64,000 bases of DNA from Octopus vulgaris. Lineage: Eukaryota. The stretch spans positions 23,994,001-24,058,000 of the forward strand of contig OX597836.1 in NCBI GenBank assembly GCA_951406725.2, read 5' to 3'. The notes below the pieces were generated by a model. The model had not been told where the DNA came from. It did no database searches and was given only the letters and a program-made list of their open reading frames with translations. The position numbers and the translations under genes are program-made. Positions 56,932 to 64,000 of the stretch are shown here, piece after piece; positions within the stretch are counted from its first letter, which is position 1; the number at the start of each line of letters is the position of its first letter.

Positions 56932-58413
56932 TATAGCTTCAGAATAAATATCAGCATGCAAGTTATACAATTAGGGCGAACTTGTATTCGAAACTATGAA
57001 ACTATAATATGCCTGCAATGAATATGTGAGCTCCTGGAACAAACCACACGAAATAGTACAATGGACATTTGGCAGAAAAATTGAGATCAAAAGTTTTTCA
57101 TTTACCTTGACACGACATATTTACTCCAACAGGACTGGGTAACAATTCACTGAAGCAGACGACACCCTAGCCTGCTGATGGTATACCACGTGACTTTATC
57201 TAGCCAACAATTGTTACAGCGCTTCAAATGTCGAGTTGACAAGCATGTTTATATATCTATGTATGTGTGCGGATGCGTGTTTGTGTGCCTCTACGTCTCT
57301 GTGTCCATGCATGTACATGATTTGCGCCAAAGCTAGACTATATTACACATATATAATTACATGGAGACAGATACAAAAATTATAAATTTATTTTATATTC
57401 ATGATATTCTTTTCTTTCTATTTGCTAATGTTTCCTATACTGTTCTTAAAATTGTGAGCGTGAAAAGTTACTATTCAAATTTTGGCTACTTTATTCACTT
57501 ATTGGTCAGCACAGATATATATGTAGGAAATAGATTTTTCGCAATTTTTAACTTTTATGAGTTACTTCTTACCATTCATTGGACTACAGCCATGCTGGGG
57601 TACCGCCTTGAAGTGTTGAGTCGAATGAATTCCGCCCAATACTTATTCTTTAAACCTGATACTTACTCTATCGGTCTCTTTGCCGAATTGCCAGGTTATG
57701 GGTTCTAAGCAAACCAATAAGCGATCGAAGGAATAAACACGCGCGCGCGCGCACACACACATGGAAAATGAAATAAGACTGCGGTATATACATACATATG
57801 AGTGTGTATGTGTGTTTTATGTGTGTGTGTGTTTTGTGTATGTTGCCTTATCGCTGGAACTAAGACAAAAGTAACCTCTATTCATATTCACTGATAAATA
57901 TCAGGATGACAGGTGACCAAGTAAAGAGGAACATACCTAAAGGCAGGCGGTTTGAACGGGACTGGAACATCGTTCCTGTGAACGAACTAGGCGTGCTAGG
58001 AAGAAGGTAAACACTTGTATGTTCTCTACTTCAATCAAATGGCCTTAATTCTTCAAAATGCATGCTCTTGTTTAATTAACAGAGCTCGGCAATGATGCAT
58101 ATATAAATATATATACACACACGCACCAGCCAATTTATTATGTGAGGTAGTCAGAGAGTGCGGAACATTTTGAAATGATGTATCTTTTGTTGAGTTTGAA
58201 CATGCGCACTTACAGAGACGCATGCAAAGCGTAACCAGAGGTGTAGACATGGACAGGGACAATTGGCAAGTTATCTAATCTATAAACTTTGGCGTAGCTG
58301 GAAATAGTCTTAGAGACGGGTGCATCAAATTAAGGTAGAGAAGTATTGGTATGTTATTTCTGAGAATAGTTTCTCCTTTTAGTAACTTCAGAAGAGCAAG
58401 CAATATATATATA

Positions 58414-58824
58414 GGCGCAGGAGTGGCTGTGTGGTAAGTAGCTTGTTTACCAACCACATGTTTTCGGGTTCAGTCCCACTGCGTGGCACCTTGGGCAAGT
58501 GTCTTCTACTATAGCCTCGGGTCGACCAAAGCCTTGTGAGTGGATTTGGTAGTCGGAAACTGAAAGAAGCCCGTCATATATATGTATATATATGCGTGTG
58601 TGTGTTCGTGTGTCTATGTTTGTCCCCCTAGCATTGCTTGACAACCGATGCTGGTGTGTTTATGTCCCCGTTACTTAGCGGTTCGGCAAAAGAGACCGAT
58701 AGAATAAGTACTGGGCTTACAAAAGAATAAGTCCCGGGGTCGAGTTGCTCGACTAAAGGCAGTGCTCCAGCATGGCCGCAGTCAAATGACTGAAACAAGT
58801 AAAAGAGTAAAAGAGAGAGAGAGA

Positions 58825-58825
<1 letters not shown>
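58414..58825 (+). mobile_element. Full-length SINE family A
   Basis: Near-identical to 49977-50394 and to the reverse complement of 42471-42971. Confidence 0.92.
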
Positions 58826-58894
<69 letters not shown>

Positions 58895-59305
58895 ATTTAT
58901 ACATATCTATATATATATGTGTGTGTGTTCTTGAACAAAACACATCTCACGTTGTTCTACGATCACTTCAACTCCTGACATGTGGCACACTGTGCCCATG
59001 TTCAGGCAATGTTAATTTGATGGAGAGCTAATGTGCACCACATACATTTGATTAGTATAAACAAAGGTCTCTCTCGAGCAAGAGATTCATAAGACTGGTC
59101 TCTCAGGCTCTATACCGTGTATATTCCCTCCCACTAGACAGGACGTCAGTCCACCACATTTTTGCCAGCTGAGGGGACTAGAACAACGTGAAGGGAAATG
59201 TTTTACTGAAGGTCACAATGTATCGCTGGTCCAGGAATCGAAATCACAATCTAACGATCATGAATGTAACACACTCTAACCACCATTCCTCGCGCCTCCA
59301 CGATA

Positions 59306-59354
<49 letters not shown>

Positions 59355-60164
59355 AATTGTAATGCTAGTGTGACTGATGCTGTTAATATTTCTCGTGAAA
59401 CTTGCAAGCCAATACATTTCGAGACGATATGAGAAGTGAAGGAAATTTAAAGAACCTTTTTTTTTTTTTTTTTTTTTTGTGGGGGACTTGATATAGTGGT
59501 TGGTGTTGGGCCTGTGGGTTCACACAAAACGTTGACATTATGAGGGTACCTGAGAGTATCAGGAATGTCTGACTAGAAGGGAAATGAGTCCAGTCACCTA
59601 CGAGTAGTGGCAGTGAAAAAGGCATAGATAGGAAACAGTTCACATCATAGGTCACGGGCAGGAGCATGTCTATGAATGACTTCCTATCAATAAGGTGGGT
59701 GGTACTTTTACAGATAAGAACTAGTATATGTGTCCGTCAGTAGCTGCTCAGTCTCAGATGTGGAAGCAACACTCTATTATTGGTTTCATAAGACCTTTAT
59801 AGACTTCCTACGATTATTAGGATCTGAAGTATATCCTTGACTTCAACTAAAGAGCTATGTTATGTATACACAACCACACTGAGATGGATGTCGTGATAGT
59901 TCGATCCAATATTCAGGGTAACTGTGAAGATGGAAAGCAATGTTGACGTCGAAGGCAACAATGTGTGGGTATGTGTGTGTGTGTGCGTGTGTTTATGTGT
60001 ATGTGTGTGTGCGCATGTATGTGTGTGTATGTGTGTGTGTGGTGTGCGCGTGTGCGTGTGTGTGCGTGAGTGCATGAGTAGTAAGTGAACATTTTTGACA
60101 GATATCTACCATCCAGCTCTTTCTCATAGCACGTGCATTGCATGGCATTTACTTATAACTAATG

Positions 60165-60393
60165 CCTATTTCTTTATTACCCACAAGGGGCTAAACACAG
60201 AGGGGACAAACAAGACAGACATAGGTATTAAGTCGATTACATCGACCCCAGTGCGTAACTGGTACTTAATTTATCGACCCCGAAAGGATGAAAGGCAAAG
60301 TCGACCTCGGCGGAATTTGAACTCACAACGTAACGCAGACGAAATACCGCAAAGCATTTCACCCGGTGTGCTAACGTTTCTGCCAGCTCGCCG
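60165..60393 (-). mobile_element. SINE family B
   Basis: Reverse complement of 60710-60935. Confidence 0.85.
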
Positions 60394-60709
60394 TCAACAT
60401 TTCTGCGCCAGCGAACATTATTTCCCATCCTGAAGCCTCCTTCTACAGCCTTCACATACCTAAAATGTTCTTGTTCCTTTCTAGAGAACGGACACACATT
60501 TGGGTGGCAAGAGCTCTTTCATTTAACTGAGTCCCTACTATAAAGTGCATCCAAGGCAATGTGAGGCATCTGGCAAATGAGTGAAGGCATCGTACGTTTG
60601 AGAGAACACTTAACTCTTGTCGTGGACAAGACAAATTCTCAAATGGTAATGACATAATAAAATGCTCCTAGTGGTTCGTGTTAGTAATGCGTCAAGATTA
60701 AAATATACG

Positions 60710-60935
60710 AGCGATGGCAGAACGTTAGCACGCCAGGCGAAATGCTTAGCGGTATTTCGTGTGCGTTACGTTGTGAGTTCGAATTCCGCCGAGGTCGACT
60801 TTGCCTTTCATCCTTTCGGGGTCGATAAATTAAGTACCAGTTACGCACTGGGGTCGATGTAATCGACTTAATCTGTTTGTCTGTCCTTGTTTGTCCCCTC
60901 TGTGTTTAGCCCCTTGTGGGTAGTAAAGAAACAGA
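60710..60935 (+). mobile_element. SINE family B
   Basis: TGGCAGAACGTTAGC (box A-like), GAGTTCGAATTCC (box B), then GTCGACTTTGCCTTTCATCCTTTCGGGGTCGATAAATTAAGTACC. Confidence 0.85.
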
Positions 60936-61053
60936 TACTTACTTCTTCAGATACCTCTCTCAGGGCAGTAACTCCGAATAAAGGGTGAAACAAACTGAAA
61001 AATTATGTGCGACTTGTATTAGCACGAAAAGTTAAGATTTATGATGATGATAG

Positions 61054-61084
<31 letters not shown>

Positions 61085-61146
61085 CATACATACATACATA
61101 CATACATACATACATACATACATACACACATACATACATACATATA

Positions 61147-61181
<35 letters not shown>

Positions 61182-61645
61182 GGTGTACGTGTCTATACAC
61201 ACACGGATGTGTATATATATGTACGTGTGCATGTATGTGCAAGTGTATGCGTGTGTGTGCGCTCTATGTGGATACGTGTTAGTATGTGAATGTGTGCATG
61301 TATACAATCATACACACACAATAAGTATAGGACTGACGCAGAATTCATGCTTACATTTTTTAGACAAATGCCATTTACATTTTGGTACATCTATACGCTT
61401 CATTTCAGTAAATTCTGCTTTGCGTAAGAACACACGTACATTCTTCGACAAAGTTGTATGGACAACATGAATTAGTCTGGTGAGTTTTACTGAAGTTTCC
61501 ATAGACCCAGGGCTGTGTCGATAAAAATGTACGGCCATTTGCAAGAATGCTGAAACAATACTTCTCAATCAATCTTTTGATTTTTCTATTTCCGGTCGGG
61601 TTCTCTTTCTCACTCATTGTCTCAGTATTACTTCTTCCTTCTCTT

Positions 61646-61770
<125 letters not shown>

Positions 61771-61984
61771 TAATATGTGTGTGTGTTTGTGTATGAATTA
61801 TTCGTAAGATTCATTTGAATCACTGTAATTGAACATTCGGCAAATACATGTATGTATACTATATACAAATATATATGGTCGTACCCGTGACTATGCAAAC
61901 ATTTCCATACACCTACATATACATGTAAATATGCACACATGCGCACAAGCATACAGGTTCAGGATCCAATGCAGATCAAATACT

Positions 61985-62066
<82 letters not shown>

Positions 62067-62144
62067 TGTATGTATGTATGTATGTATATATATATATATA
62101 CATATATATACATACATGTATATGCACACACATACACACGCATA

Positions 62145-62176
<32 letters not shown>

Positions 62177-62862
62177 AAGGGTGACAATAAAGTCACTAAA
62201 TAGTTATAATAAAAAAAACAAAGCAGAATCAGAAGAGAAGCAAAGAAATATACACGATACAGAAACAGGTTCACGACTGTAGCTTATAAATCATCAAAGT
62301 AGCTTATCGGAAGTTAATCTGACCAATGAGAGAACTTTACTACTTTAAAATATTAAAACCACCGTAGTTCCTGTTTTACAAGAAAAAGATGATTTCTATG
62401 AACATTACTTTCAACAGGATGAGACACCGTCACATTTGCTCTCAAAGTAAGAAATTATGTTGATGCAACATTTCCAGGAAGATGGCTAGGACGATGTGGC
62501 AGCGTTGAGTGGCTTCCTTGCCCCGATTTGACCCCGATGGATTTCACTATGTGGGGAATTATCAAACTTTCCGATTTTGCAAAAGAAACCGGGAAATATC
62601 GATGACCTCAAGCAATTTATTCCTAATGCATTTGCAAATTTAAGCCGCCAGAACCATTTGTGTCGTTACTTTGTCGAAGCGTTCTCTTACGCTGCAAGGA
62701 ATGCAATGAAGCAGGTGGCTTACAGTTCAAATAGTATCGGTAACTCATTTACTATTGTTCTACCATAGCATTTTATTGTTATTTACCAAAATTAACAGGA
62801 CTGTTGATTACTTGGTTTATCTTAACTGATATTATAAGTAACTGTATAGGGAGTTTACTGCC

Positions 62863-62868
<6 letters not shown>
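62177..62868 (+). mobile_element. Internally deleted Tc1/mariner-superfamily transposon
   Basis: TA-flanked imperfect TIRs AAGGGTGACAATAAAGTCACTA / TAGGGAGTTTACTGCCACCCTA. Frameshifted transposase FQQDETPSH..KVRNYVDATFPGRWLGRCGSVEWLP..PDLTPMDFTMWGIIK. Confidence 0.88.
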
Positions 62869-62959
<91 letters not shown>

Positions 62960-64000
62960 TATATATATACGTATATATATATTCATATATATATACGTAT
63001 ATATATATATATATATATGTATATGTATGTGTGTATATATATATATACATATACATATATATATGTATATATATATATATGTGTATATATATATGTATAT
63101 ACATATACACATACACACACATGTATGTATATATATATCCATATACATACATACACACACGCACACACTCACACATATATATGGAAATAAAGGGAACATA
63201 AGGAAACTGATTATGAATATTAACACGGATCTCAAGGGAGCTTTCCGCATACTTATTACAAACGCGGTATGATCTTACACATGTAACATGATTGGAATAT
63301 TTATTCATCAACTCCTAGCAGTAACCCCTACACATTCAGAATTCCATCTATGAAAACGCGTATGTACGCTCACTCACTCACTCTCACATACACATACACA
63401 TATACATACGTACATACATAGATTCATATATATTCACATCCGCGTGCATACTCTCACATATGTACACACACCTCCAGACACAAACACTCACCCACACATA
63501 CATACAAATACACCTACATGCACCCATATTTTCCGCTTTACACACACGCAAGCAAACAAACAAGGGTTAGCAGCAACAGATTTTAAATTCAATGACAGTG
63601 GGAGATTGTTCTGCTAAACTGCAGAATATATTTTGCTTGCATCTGGTAAATACACCAACTTCAGAGTTACTGTCGACTTTAGGCAATGAGGGGCCACCTA
63701 TATAGTAATGTGTTTGACAGAATATGTAACAAATTCTTCATGCAATTTCTATTGGTAGAAGAATAGTATGTTTTAGTGTAGGTTCTTCAAACACCGTCGG
63801 GACCTCCCGGACTGATGCAGGAGCATTAAGGTATGCTTAACAGTAGGGTATATGGAATATAGATTAAATGTATTTGAGTTCTGCATCTGACCATGCAAAT
63901 CTTGGTACATTAAATAAATATAGTGAAGATTTGAATATTATTTGGTAGAAATATTCTCAAAAATAAGCTTATGTGTCTATTTTCTTCATTAGGCAACTGT

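Overview
AT-rich eukaryotic genomic DNA packed with microsatellites and SINEs. The repeat content suggests an octopus/coleoid cephalopod (inference). The only host gene I can identify with confidence is the 3' end of a Wnt1/wingless orthologue on the + strand: coding exons 2269-2419 and 10804-11138, an 8.4-kb intron, and a 3' UTR. Most entries in the ORF track are microsatellite artefacts. Downstream are CR1-, RTE-, R4/Dong- and possible Tx1-type LINE fragments, three tRNA-derived SINE families, non-autonomous Helitrons and a Tc1/mariner remnant. There is also a cluster of large inverted repeats, including two foldback elements with internal (TTAGGG)n, and a Penelope-type type-I hammerhead ribozyme with an intact core. 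The least explained structure is an ~18-kb array (38.9-57.2 kb) of ten copies of a conserved ~96-nt minus-strand module. Each copy is bounded by AG/GT splice signals and carries an invariant GTCACGTGG E-box. Nine copies can fold into an imperfect hairpin with G-C/G·U-consistent substitutions, and five are followed by a 93-94-nt intron-like segment. The array is a candidate tandemly amplified non-coding-exon/miRNA-like or regulatory cluster next to Wnt1.
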